Of a stretch of 64,000 nt of DNA, positions 56,136-64,000 are shown one piece after another. Source of the stretch: an uncultured bacterium (GTDB lineage Bacteria; Patescibacteriota; Minisyncoccia; UBA6257; GWB1-50-10); NCBI GenBank assembly GCA_963713955.1, contig OY970216.1, positions 209,934-273,933 on the forward strand, given 5' to 3'. A program made the position numbers and the translations under genes. Under the pieces are notes generated by a model. It was not told where the DNA came from. It ran no database searches and saw nothing but the letters and a program-made list of their open reading frames with translations. Numbering within the stretch: position 1 is the stretch's first letter; every line of letters starts with the position of its first letter.

Positions 56136-56690
56136 ATGAAGAAAATATTTTGGTCCATCGCCGAAATGCTCGAGACCATCGCGATAGCGGTGGTAGCCGT
56201 CCTCGTCGTCCGGACATTCGTCGCCCAGCCGTTTTTGGTCAGCGGTTCAAGCATGGAGCCGACCTTCAACAACGGTGATTACCTTCTGGTCGACGAACTT
56301 ACCTATCATTTCCGATTCCCGGAACGGGGAGAGGTGATCGTTTTGAAATACCCCAAAGATCCCAGTTCTTATTTCATCAAGAGAGTTATCGGCTTGCCGG
56401 GGGAAACAGTCGTTATTAAGAATGGCGAGGTTACCGTCGTCGATCAGGGGAAGAAGGAGGTCTTGAACGAGCCGTACCTGGATCAGCCGATGGTGCCGGG
56501 CGACTTCGAGGAGACGCTGGGCCCCAATCAGTATTTCGTAATGGGAGACAACAGGAACTACAGCTACGACTCAAGGAGCTGGGGACCGGTACCGTCGAGC
56601 GACGTCGTGGGAGTGGTGAGACTGCGCTTGTGGCCTCTCGCGACCGCCATGGCTTTCGGAACCCCTTCCTATGGTACGAGTACCCCATGA
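56136..56690 (+). CDS. lepB: Signal peptidase I
   Basis: SGSSMEPT, FIKRVIGLPG, MGDNR..S.DSR. Confidence 0.96.
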   Translation: MKKIFWSIAEMLETIAIAVVAVLVVRTFVAQPFLVSGSSMEPTFNNGDYLLVDELTYHFRFPERGEVIVLKYPKDPSSYFIKRVIGLPGETVVIKNGEVTVVDQGKKEVLNEPYLDQPMVPGDFEETLGPNQYFVMGDNRNYSYDSRSWGPVPSSDVVGVVRLRLWPLATAMAFGTPSYGTSTP

Positions 56691-57970
56691 AGGCAAAGCA
56701 GAAAAATCAGCAGGTCTTTTTGGGGCTCGAGGCGATGCCCGATGCCCTCCCGCGCCTCCAAGGGTACTGGAGACAAGTCTGGGAGACGGGGAGAGCGGTC
56801 TCCGAGCTCCATGATTTTTATCTCATGGAACCTGCCATGCTCGAGCGGTATGAGGTTTTCGAGGATGCTTTCGGCAGCGACCGGGAACTCCTGAAGGACA
56901 AAATTTTTTCCCTGAAAATGGGAAAGATGAAAGCAGCTCTCCGGTTCAGTTTCCGGGAATCGGTTCTCCGGAGTTTCATCGACCATAAACTGGCTTATTT
57001 CGCATACCCCCTCAAAGTTTTCCACTTCGGTCCGGTTTTCAGGAACGTGAAGGCGGACGAATATTTTCTGAAGGAATTTCACGAACTTGGCTTCCAAGTC
57101 GTGGGGGAAACCGATCCCATCTATGACGGGGAAATCATCATGGCTTTCTACGATTTTTTCAAAAGTTTGAGACTTTCCGGCGTCATGCTGAAGATCGGAA
57201 GCTCCGGCTGCCGCGCCTGCCGCGGATCTTTCAGGCAAAAACTTGTCAATTACTACAAGGGGAAAATGAAAGACGTTTGCAAAGGGTGCGCCAAGAATTT
57301 CGAGGTAAATCCGTTCCTTCTCCTCACTTGCGAGAAGGAAGAGTGCCGGGCCGTCCGGCAAAACGGGCCGATTATGTTCGATTATTTGTGCCAGGGCTGC
57401 AACAATCATCTGAAGTCTGTTCTCGAACTCGTGGAGGACAACGGCATCGCGTACGAGCCGGATGCTAACCTCGTTTCCACGAACGAGCTCAACGACCGGA
57501 CCATCTTCGAGTTCAGAGTTCCGGAAATGCCCTACCCCTTGGCTTTCGGTTCGCGTTATGACTACGTCTCCGAGGCGGTTTTCAAAAAACAGATTCCGGC
57601 CGTGGGAGGGAATCTGGGAGTGGAAAGGACCATTGAGGCGATGGCGCGGCAGGGAATAGAACCGAGATTCAAGTCCAAACCGAGAGTGTTCTTTCTCGTC
57701 ATCGGCGATCAAGCCAAGAAAGGAGCGCTGCGCCTCATGAACAAGTTAAGACTTGCCGGCGTCGCCGTCGTCGAGGTCGTCGGCAAGAAAACGTTGAAAG
57801 CCCAAGTGAAGACCGCCGAGAAGATGGGAATCAAATTAGCCCTTCTCCTCGGGCAGAAGGAGATTTTCGACGGGACGGTCATCTTACGGGACATGACATC
57901 GGGGATACAGGAAACCATTCTCGTCGACAAGCTGGTGGAAGAGGTGAAGAAAAGGTTGAATAATGAATAA
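56687..57970 (+). CDS. Histidyl-tRNA synthetase homologue with degenerate catalytic motifs
   Basis: HisRS architecture with Cys-rich insert and C-terminal anticodon-binding domain; RPE, FRYERPQ and RGLDYY motifs replaced. Confidence 0.8.
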   Translation: MKAKQKNQQVFLGLEAMPDALPRLQGYWRQVWETGRAVSELHDFYLMEPAMLERYEVFEDAFGSDRELLKDKIFSLKMGKMKAALRFSFRESVLRSFIDHKLAYFAYPLKVFHFGPVFRNVKADEYFLKEFHELGFQVVGETDPIYDGEIIMAFYDFFKSLRLSGVMLKIGSSGCRACRGSFRQKLVNYYKGKMKDVCKGCAKNFEVNPFLLLTCEKEECRAVRQNGPIMFDYLCQGCNNHLKSVLELVEDNGIAYEPDANLVSTNELNDRTIFEFRVPEMPYPLAFGSRYDYVSEAVFKKQIPAVGGNLGVERTIEAMARQGIEPRFKSKPRVFFLVIGDQAKKGALRLMNKLRLAGVAVVEVVGKKTLKAQVKTAEKMGIKLALLLGQKEIFDGTVILRDMTSGIQETILVDKLVEEVKKRLNNE

Positions 57971-58391
57971 GATGGATTGCTTGTTCTGCAAAATAGTGAA
58001 AGGCGAAATTCCGGCGCACGTCGTTTACGAGAGCGATGCGGCTTTGGGAATTCTCGATGTAAATCCCAAAGCCCCCGGCCATGCGATGGTGATACCGAAG
58101 ATCCACGCCGAAAACGTATTGGACCTGCCGGCGGAATCCGTGGGCCCCGTGTTTTTGGCTGTCAAGGAAACAACGGAGAAGCTCAAGAAAGCTTTTTCGC
58201 CGGACGGTTTTACGATAGGGATCAATCATGGCCGCGTTTCGGGGCAGTCGGTTAACCATCTGCACATCCATATCATGCCGCGGTGGTTTTCCGACGGAGG
58301 CGGTTCGGTGCACGGCGTCGTTTCGAATCCTCCCCGCGAGACGTTGGAGGAGATCAAAGACAGGATACTAAGGTCGAACAAGGAAAAGTAG
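57963..58391 (+). CDS. HIT family hydrolase
   Basis: CLFCKI; GQSVNHLHIHIMPR. Confidence 0.95.
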   Translation: MNKMDCLFCKIVKGEIPAHVVYESDAALGILDVNPKAPGHAMVIPKIHAENVLDLPAESVGPVFLAVKETTEKLKKAFSPDGFTIGINHGRVSGQSVNHLHIHIMPRWFSDGGGSVHGVVSNPPRETLEEIKDRILRSNKEK

Positions 58392-58396
58392 TTACC

Positions 58397-58612
58397 ATGG
58401 AAATCAGAAAAAGAAAAAACGAAAGCGTAGGAACCTTTCTCTACCGCTTCAACAAAAGAGTCCAGCAAAGCGGGATCCTGAAAGAAGTGAAAAAAAGGAA
58501 AGCGGTCACGAGGCCGCAAAACAGGAGGAAGAGAAGAATATCGGCCATTTACCGGTACCGGCGGGAAAAAGAAATCAAACGATCCCGCAAGTTGGGGTAC
58601 ACCGGTCGGTGA
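58397..58612 (+). CDS. rpsU: 30S ribosomal protein S21
   Basis: EIRKRKNES...LYRFNKRVQQSGIL; basic; precedes yqeY. Confidence 0.85.
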   Translation: MEIRKRKNESVGTFLYRFNKRVQQSGILKEVKKRKAVTRPQNRRKRRISAIYRYRREKEIKRSRKLGYTGR

Positions 58613-58631
58613 TTTTATCCGCGTTTCCTCT

Positions 58632-59093
58632 ATGTCCCTCATCAAGGAAAAAATAGAAGGCGATTTAAAGGATGCGATGAAAGGAAGGGATGACTTCAAA
58701 GTCGGGGCTTTGCGTTTTCTCCTCTCGAGCATCCAGGGGAAGGAAATAGACAAGAGGGGCAAGGGTTTCGCGGAAACGCTCTCCGACGAAGAAGCGGAAG
58801 ACGTCTTGAGAAAGGAATACAAAAAGAGGAAGGAATCCTTCGAAATTTATTCCCGGAGCGGCCGGAGCGACCTCGCGTCCGGGGAAGAAAAGGAAATGGC
58901 CGTCATCGAGAGCTATCTCCCGCCCCGGGTGTCCTCCGCGGAGGTGAGGAAAATAATCGATGACGCCGTCGCCGCGATTCAGCTTTCCGGCCCCGGGGAC
59001 TTCGGGCGCGTGATGGGCGAAGTCATGAAGAAAGCGAAGGGCGCCGACGGTTCGGAGGTTTCCCGGATCATAAAGGAAAAACTCGCGGGTTAG
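58632..59093 (+). CDS. GatB/YqeY domain protein
   Basis: DLKDAMK, KKRKES...Y...GR.DLA..E..E..VI..YLP, GRVMG.VM. Confidence 0.92.
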   Translation: MSLIKEKIEGDLKDAMKGRDDFKVGALRFLLSSIQGKEIDKRGKGFAETLSDEEAEDVLRKEYKKRKESFEIYSRSGRSDLASGEEKEMAVIESYLPPRVSSAEVRKIIDDAVAAIQLSGPGDFGRVMGEVMKKAKGADGSEVSRIIKEKLAG

Positions 59094-59096
59094 GCC

Positions 59097-59522
59097 ATGA
59101 ATCGGAATCTAGTCTCATTCGGAGTGTCTAAAAAGAGGTTTACAAAGTACGAAAGAGCTGTGAGAGAAGCAGCTCTTCTTTCGTTGAAGGTTCTCGGCAA
59201 GAACAAGAAAGCTCTGGATATTTTCCTCGTCCCCGACGGTGAGATGAAAAAGCTCAATCGCCGATTCAGAGGCAGGAACAAGGTGACGGACGTCCTGAGT
59301 TTCCCTGCTGACCCCCCGTTTCCGCGGCCCGATCTCGGGAAGCGGGATTTCATCGGGGAGATTTTCCTGGCGCCGGACTTCGTTGAAACGGAAAAAGAAG
59401 ACATCCGTTTTCTCACGGTGCACGCCACGTTGCACCTTCTCGGGTATACCCATTCCGCCCGGAAAGATAGTATAATGATGAATAAGCTGGAACGTAAAAT
59501 TTGGCCATGTCGAAAATATTAA
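59097..59522 (+). CDS. ybeY: rRNA maturation RNase YbeY
   Basis: LN..FRG.NK.TDVLSFP; VHATLHLLGYTH. Confidence 0.93.
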   Translation: MNRNLVSFGVSKKRFTKYERAVREAALLSLKVLGKNKKALDIFLVPDGEMKKLNRRFRGRNKVTDVLSFPADPPFPRPDLGKRDFIGEIFLAPDFVETEKEDIRFLTVHATLHLLGYTHSARKDSIMMNKLERKIWPCRKY

Positions 59523-60724
59523 CAAGCTTGGATTTGGGTTCATCGCAATTCAAGGGCATCGTCGTCGAAGAAAAAAAAGACGGCTTCCTTTCCGTAATAT
59601 CCGCTTTCAAGCAGCCGTCGGACGGTTTCCGGAAAGGCGTCCTCGTTGATTTCGAGGAGGCCGCGGATTCTTTGGGGAAAATTTTTTCCGACTTGTCCAA
59701 AATCTCGAAGAAGGCGGTCCAGAATGTTTTCATAAACGTGGCGAGCGAATACATAAGACCGCGTCCCTCGCGGGGAGCGGTCGCCATTTCGAACGTAAGC
59801 CGCGAGATAAAGAGCGACGACGTGGAGAAGGTGAATCAGCTTTCCCTGGCTTTCAAGGCAAGTCCCAACTCGTTCGTGCTCCACAACATAACCAAGGAAT
59901 ACATCGTGGATGACATCGGGGATATCTTGGACCCCGTGGGCATGGCCGGCAACCGGCTCGAGGTTGAGACGCTTATCGTCGAGGGGGTATCGTCGCAGGT
60001 GAATCCGCTCATAAGGCTCTTCGATTCTGTGGATGCCACGGTCGGGGGATTGGTTTTCAATCCTCTGGCCGCCGCCGAGGCCGTGCTTTCCAAGAAACAA
60101 AAGAACCTCGGGGTGATGATGATAGATTTCGGATCGGGAACCACAAACGTCGCCGTTTTCGAAGAAGGGAAAATCCTCCATGCGAAGACCATACCCATCG
60201 GATCGTCGTACATCACGAACGACATCGCAATCGGCCTCAAAGTTTCCGTCGATCTGGCTGAAAAACTCAAGTTGAGCTACAGCTCGGCGACTTCCTCGGG
60301 CGTCGGGAAGCGGGACGTCGTACGCCTCATGGACGTTGATGGAAAGAGTGAGGGAGAAATATCGAGGAAATTCCTCTCCGAAATAATAGAAGTCAGGGTT
60401 GCAGAAATTCTGGATTTAATAAATAATGAGGTGAAGGCGATAGGCCGGAGTATACAGCTTCCGGGCGGGGTGGTAGCAACGGGGGGCGGCGTCAAGCTCT
60501 ATAAAATGGACGAGATTTTAAGGGAAGAAATGCGTCTCCCGGCCCAGGTAGGATTCCCCAATCTAAACCGCTTCGAGGTCATGAATCCGGCTCACAAGGA
60601 GATGATCGACGATCCGGAATTCGCCGTGGCGGTGGGGCTCATGCTGAAAGCTTCCGAGGAAGACGGCCGGCCTGTCCAAAAAATAAGGTCAATTAAAGAT
60701 TTCTTAAGGAATCTCCTTCCTTAA
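59507..60724 (+). CDS. ftsA: Cell division protein FtsA
   Basis: LDLGSS, IDFGSGTT, ITNDIA, AEKLK, VATGGG. Confidence 0.95.
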   Translation: MSKILTSLDLGSSQFKGIVVEEKKDGFLSVISAFKQPSDGFRKGVLVDFEEAADSLGKIFSDLSKISKKAVQNVFINVASEYIRPRPSRGAVAISNVSREIKSDDVEKVNQLSLAFKASPNSFVLHNITKEYIVDDIGDILDPVGMAGNRLEVETLIVEGVSSQVNPLIRLFDSVDATVGGLVFNPLAAAEAVLSKKQKNLGVMMIDFGSGTTNVAVFEEGKILHAKTIPIGSSYITNDIAIGLKVSVDLAEKLKLSYSSATSSGVGKRDVVRLMDVDGKSEGEISRKFLSEIIEVRVAEILDLINNEVKAIGRSIQLPGGVVATGGGVKLYKMDEILREEMRLPAQVGFPNLNRFEVMNPAHKEMIDDPEFAVAVGLMLKASEEDGRPVQKIRSIKDFLRNLLP

Positions 60725-60731
60725 CATAGCA

Positions 60732-61976
60732 ATGGATAAAAAAAATAGGAGTGTAAAAAAGAGGAGAAAGAACTTCTCGAGGGCGCGGGAGCCGAAATCA
60801 AAAAGAACGGAAGGCGTAACCAAGATAAAAGTCGTGGGAATCGGCGGGGCCGGGAATCACATCGTCTCGAGAATGATGGAGAGCGAGCGTCCGAGAGGCG
60901 TCGAGTTTGTCGCCGTGAACACCGATACGCAGGATTTGGATTATACGACGGCTCACCGGAAACTCTACATCGGTAAGGCTCTGACCAAGGGTTTGGGAGC
61001 GGGAATGAATCCCGAGATCGGCAAACAGGCGGCCGAGGAAAACCGTTCCGAGATTGGAGAAGCGCTCGAGGGAGCGGACATCGTTTTCATAACCGCCGGC
61101 ATGGGCGGAGGAACCGGCAGCGGTTCCGCCCCGGTTGTGGCGGAGATCGCCAAAGAAAAAGGAATCCTGACCATCGCCGTTGTAACGAAGCCGTTCGGTT
61201 TTGAAGGAACGCAGCGCGCGGTGATCGCCCAGGAAGGCATCACGAGGCTCAAGGATAAAGTCGATGCACTGGTCGTGATCCCCAACGACAGGATTTTCAC
61301 GGTGATACAAAAAGACACGCCGGTTTTGAAAGCCTTCTCTTACATCGACGATGTTCTGAAACAAGCCGTGCGGGCGCTCGCGGAACTCATCAACACGCCG
61401 GGGCTCATCAACGTGGACTTCGCGGACATAAGATCGGTCTTGAAGGAATCCGGAACGACGTTGATCGGAATCGGAATTGCCTCGGGTCAGGATCGGGGGA
61501 TCAAGGCGGTGAGTTCGGCCGTCAATTCCCCGCTTCTTGAAGTGACGCTCGACGGCGCGAAAGGCGTCTTGTTCTCGATCGCCGGCAGCCGCGATCTCAA
61601 GATGTCCGAAATCAACGACATCGCGAAAGCAATCTCGGCGAGCCTCGACTCGGGGGCCAAAGTGATCTTCGGTGCCTACTATGACCGAGGCTTGAAAGAT
61701 AAAGCGCTCAAAGTTACCGTCATCGCGACAGGCTTTAACGGGATGTTTTCCGAGAAGAGAGCTATTCCGAATCTCTTCATGGTTGGTGAGAGCCCGAAAC
61801 GCGGTGATGAAAACCAAAACTCCCTGAGGAAGGAACCGGAATCGAAAAAACAAATTGAGACTGAGATCTCGTCCGGCGAGAAAGCGAATGAAAACCTAAA
61901 GCCGAGCAAGGAACCTAAGGTGGAAAAACCGGAGCCGTGGGAAATACCCGCGTTCCTCCGGAAAAAGAAAAAATAA
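60732..61976 (+). CDS. ftsZ: Cell division protein FtsZ
   Basis: GMGGGTGSG tubulin signature; INVDFAD; C-terminal EIPAFLR. Confidence 0.98.
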   Translation: MDKKNRSVKKRRKNFSRAREPKSKRTEGVTKIKVVGIGGAGNHIVSRMMESERPRGVEFVAVNTDTQDLDYTTAHRKLYIGKALTKGLGAGMNPEIGKQAAEENRSEIGEALEGADIVFITAGMGGGTGSGSAPVVAEIAKEKGILTIAVVTKPFGFEGTQRAVIAQEGITRLKDKVDALVVIPNDRIFTVIQKDTPVLKAFSYIDDVLKQAVRALAELINTPGLINVDFADIRSVLKESGTTLIGIGIASGQDRGIKAVSSAVNSPLLEVTLDGAKGVLFSIAGSRDLKMSEINDIAKAISASLDSGAKVIFGAYYDRGLKDKALKVTVIATGFNGMFSEKRAIPNLFMVGESPKRGDENQNSLRKEPESKKQIETEISSGEKANENLKPSKEPKVEKPEPWEIPAFLRKKKK

Positions 61977-62003
61977 TCCCGGGATTTAGTCAAATTTTCA
62001 GTC

Positions 62004-62040
62004 GAAAAATCCGCCGCTGAGGCGGATTTTCGGTTTCTTT
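62004..62040 (+). terminator. Terminator after ftsZ
   Basis: aaaatccgcc-gctga-ggcggatttt. Confidence 0.7.
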
Positions 62041-62139
62041 GAGTTATCCACTGTTGACCCCCTGGCTTTGGGTTTAAAATTATCTATGCCAAAAAGCTTT
62101 CAAAATAAAGAGTCGCCCAAATCTAATTTATAAAACAAA

Positions 62140-64000
62140 ATGTTGTTCACGTCGGTGAAAAAGCGCGAAGGTCAGGTCGTTCCCTTTGATCAGGGGAGAA
62201 TCACGAAAGCGATCGCGAAGGCCATGGAGGCCACGGGAGAAGGAAACGGAAAAGATGCCGAAAAAATTTCTGGGAGCGTCGTAAAAACCCTGGAAAAAAA
62301 TTATTCCCCCGATCGCGTCCTTGGGATAGAGGAGATACAGGATGTAGTCGAAGAGGAACTCATGGGAGCAGGCTTTTCGCAGACGGCCAAGGCGTACATT
62401 CTGTACCGCGAAGAGCGGACGAAATTGAGAGACGCGAAAAGATCCATCCCGGAGTACGTTCACGACCTCGCGACGGAAAGTAAAAAATATTTCCGGAACC
62501 CCTTGGGAGAATTTATTTACTACCGATCGTATTCACGCTGGCTCGAAAGTGAAGGGCGGCGAGAAACATGGATCGAGACCGTCGAACGGTACGTCGCGTT
62601 CATGAAAAAGAAATTGGGCGACAAGCTGACGGGAGAAGAATACGAAGAAGTGAAACAAGCGATCCTCCGGCAGGATGTCATGCCGTCGATGCGGCTCCTC
62701 TGGAGTGCGGGCCCGGCGGCGGAGGCCACCAATGTCTCCGCGTATAATTGTTCTTTCATCGCGCCGACGAAGCTCCGCGATTTGGGAGAGATCATGTATC
62801 TTTCGATGTGCGGTGCCGGTGTCGGCTTTTCTGTCGAACATCAGACGGTGGAGCAGTTTCCGCAGATCAAAAAACAAGCCGGAGAAAAATTGCCGACCTT
62901 CGTCATCAAAGACAGTAAAGAAGGATGGGCCGATGCGTTGGTCTTCGGCCTCGAAACGTGGTTCGATGGCAAGGACGTTGACTTCGATTTTTCGGAGCTC
63001 CGCCCCCAGGGAGCGCGTTTGAAAACAATGGGCGGGAGAAGTTCCGGGCCGGAACCCTTGCGGGCGGTTCTCGAATTCTCCCGGAGGAAAATATTAGCCA
63101 AGCAGGGCCGGAGGCTTTCTCCACTCGACGTCCATGACGTCATCTGCAAGATCGGGGAAGTCGTCGTGATGGGAGGCGTGCGGCGGACTGCCTTGATATC
63201 CCTCTCCGATCTGGACGACAAGGAAATGCAGATGGCGAAGTTCGGACAATTTTATCTCACGGAACCCCAGCGATCGATGGCGAACAATTCCGCCGTTTAC
63301 AGTGAGAAGCCGTCGGCCGCCGTTTTCTTGGAAGAGTGGCTTGCCCTCGCGAAGAGCGGCAGCGGCGAGCGGGGGATTTTCAACCGGGGCGGCCTCGAAC
63401 GCCAGCTTCCCGAAAGGCGGTGGAAACTTTTCAAGAGTCACGCGCTGACGTCGGGGACCAACCCCTGCGGCGAGATCGTCCTCAGGTCCAAGGAGTTCTG
63501 CAACCTGTCCGAAATAGTGGCCCGTTTCGAGGACACCGAAGAAACTCTTTTGAGGAAAGCGCGCCTCGCCTCGATCATCGGTACCTACCAATCAATGCTC
63601 ACCGATTTCAACTATCTTTCTCCCGAGTGGAAGAAAAACTGCGAAGAAGAAAGGCTCCTCGGCGTTTCGATAACTGGCCAGTGGGACTCGCCGGCGGTGC
63701 GGAATTCCCAAACTATGGAGAAACTGAGAGGGATAGCCGTCGAAACGAACAAGATTTACGCTAAGAAATTCGGCATCAACCAGTCGGCGGCCGTGACCTG
63801 CGTGAAGCCGTCCGGGACTGTTTCTCAGCTCGTCGATGCCGCCTCCGGTCTCCACCCGCGGCATGCCCCGTATTACATCCGGCGGGTGAGAATCTCCGCG
63901 ACTGACAGTCTCTTCAAGATGCTTCGTGACCAAAAGGTACCTTTCCATCCGGAGGTGGGACAGTCGGACGAAAACGCGACGACCTATGTCCTTGAATTCC
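62140..64000 (+). CDS. nrdJ: ATP-cone-containing class II (B12-dependent) ribonucleotide reductase, runs off right edge
   Basis: Not in the ORF track. MLFTSVKKREGQVVPFD (ATP cone); YYRSYSRW...RRETW; MPSMR; YNCSF; GTNPCGEI..FCNLSE; TCVKPSGT. Confidence 0.92.
   Translation, partial: MLFTSVKKREGQVVPFDQGRITKAIAKAMEATGEGNGKDAEKISGSVVKTLEKNYSPDRVLGIEEIQDVVEEELMGAGFSQTAKAYILYREERTKLRDAKRSIPEYVHDLATESKKYFRNPLGEFIYYRSYSRWLESEGRRETWIETVERYVAFMKKKLGDKLTGEEYEEVKQAILRQDVMPSMRLLWSAGPAAEATNVSAYNCSFIAPTKLRDLGEIMYLSMCGAGVGFSVEHQTVEQFPQIKKQAGEKLPTFVIKDSKEGWADALVFGLETWFDGKDVDFDFSELRPQGARLKTMGGRSSGPEPLRAVLEFSRRKILAKQGRRLSPLDVHDVICKIGEVVVMGGVRRTALISLSDLDDKEMQMAKFGQFYLTEPQRSMANNSAVYSEKPSAAVFLEEWLALAKSGSGERGIFNRGGLERQLPERRWKLFKSHALTSGTNPCGEIVLRSKEFCNLSEIVARFEDTEETLLRKARLASIIGTYQSMLTDFNYLSPEWKKNCEEERLLGVSITGQWDSPAVRNSQTMEKLRGIAVETNKIYAKKFGINQSAAVTCVKPSGTVSQLVDAASGLHPRHAPYYIRRVRISATDSLFKMLRDQKVPFHPEVGQSDENATTYVLEF

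Noticed and set aside
56687-57970. HisZ (ATP-PRT regulatory subunit)
   Set aside because: Anticodon-binding domain retained and no his genes nearby; cannot be fully excluded without the whole genome.
43820-61853. Long antisense ORFs (43820-44905, 50067-51176, 56669-57712, 60798-61853)
   Set aside because: Mirror frames of GC3-rich housekeeping genes with no motifs of their own.
62128-63948. Short ORFs listed near the right edge
   Set aside because: All overlap nrdJ, which the track missed because it has no stop within the window.

Overview
Window from a Patescibacteria/CPR (Parcubacteria-type) chromosome, inferred from gene order and content (comF-pilMNO-pilB-pilT-pilC-pilins-pilD, lepB-hisS-HIT-rpsU-yqeY-ybeY-ftsA-ftsZ, GYAW/GWISF surface proteins). 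About 30-64 kb is a type IV pilus/competence locus plus housekeeping genes. About 0.6-30 kb is accessory. It holds (i) a probable graspetide RiPP locus: an unannotated 44-aa precursor at 767-901, a serine hydrolase, an MvdC/D-type ATP-grasp ligase and a second small ORF; (ii) a tandem array of secreted adhesin-like proteins; (iii) a ~15-kb variable island bounded by two beta-propeller proteins with T9SS C-terminal sorting domains. The island contains a beta-RFAP-synthase-like/U32/kinase/methyltransferase/Ham1 cluster (possible C-nucleoside or base-analogue pathway), two different hicBA modules in shared flanking sequence and several recombination scars. Several palindromic mini-element families sit at precise sites: the prepilin G|F cleavage site, TAATG stop/start junctions, the clpP start codon and convergent gene ends. 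The hisS-position gene has lost most HisRS catalytic motifs. No rRNA, tRNA, CRISPR, transposase or integrase was seen. All calls come from manual motif recognition; no searches were run.
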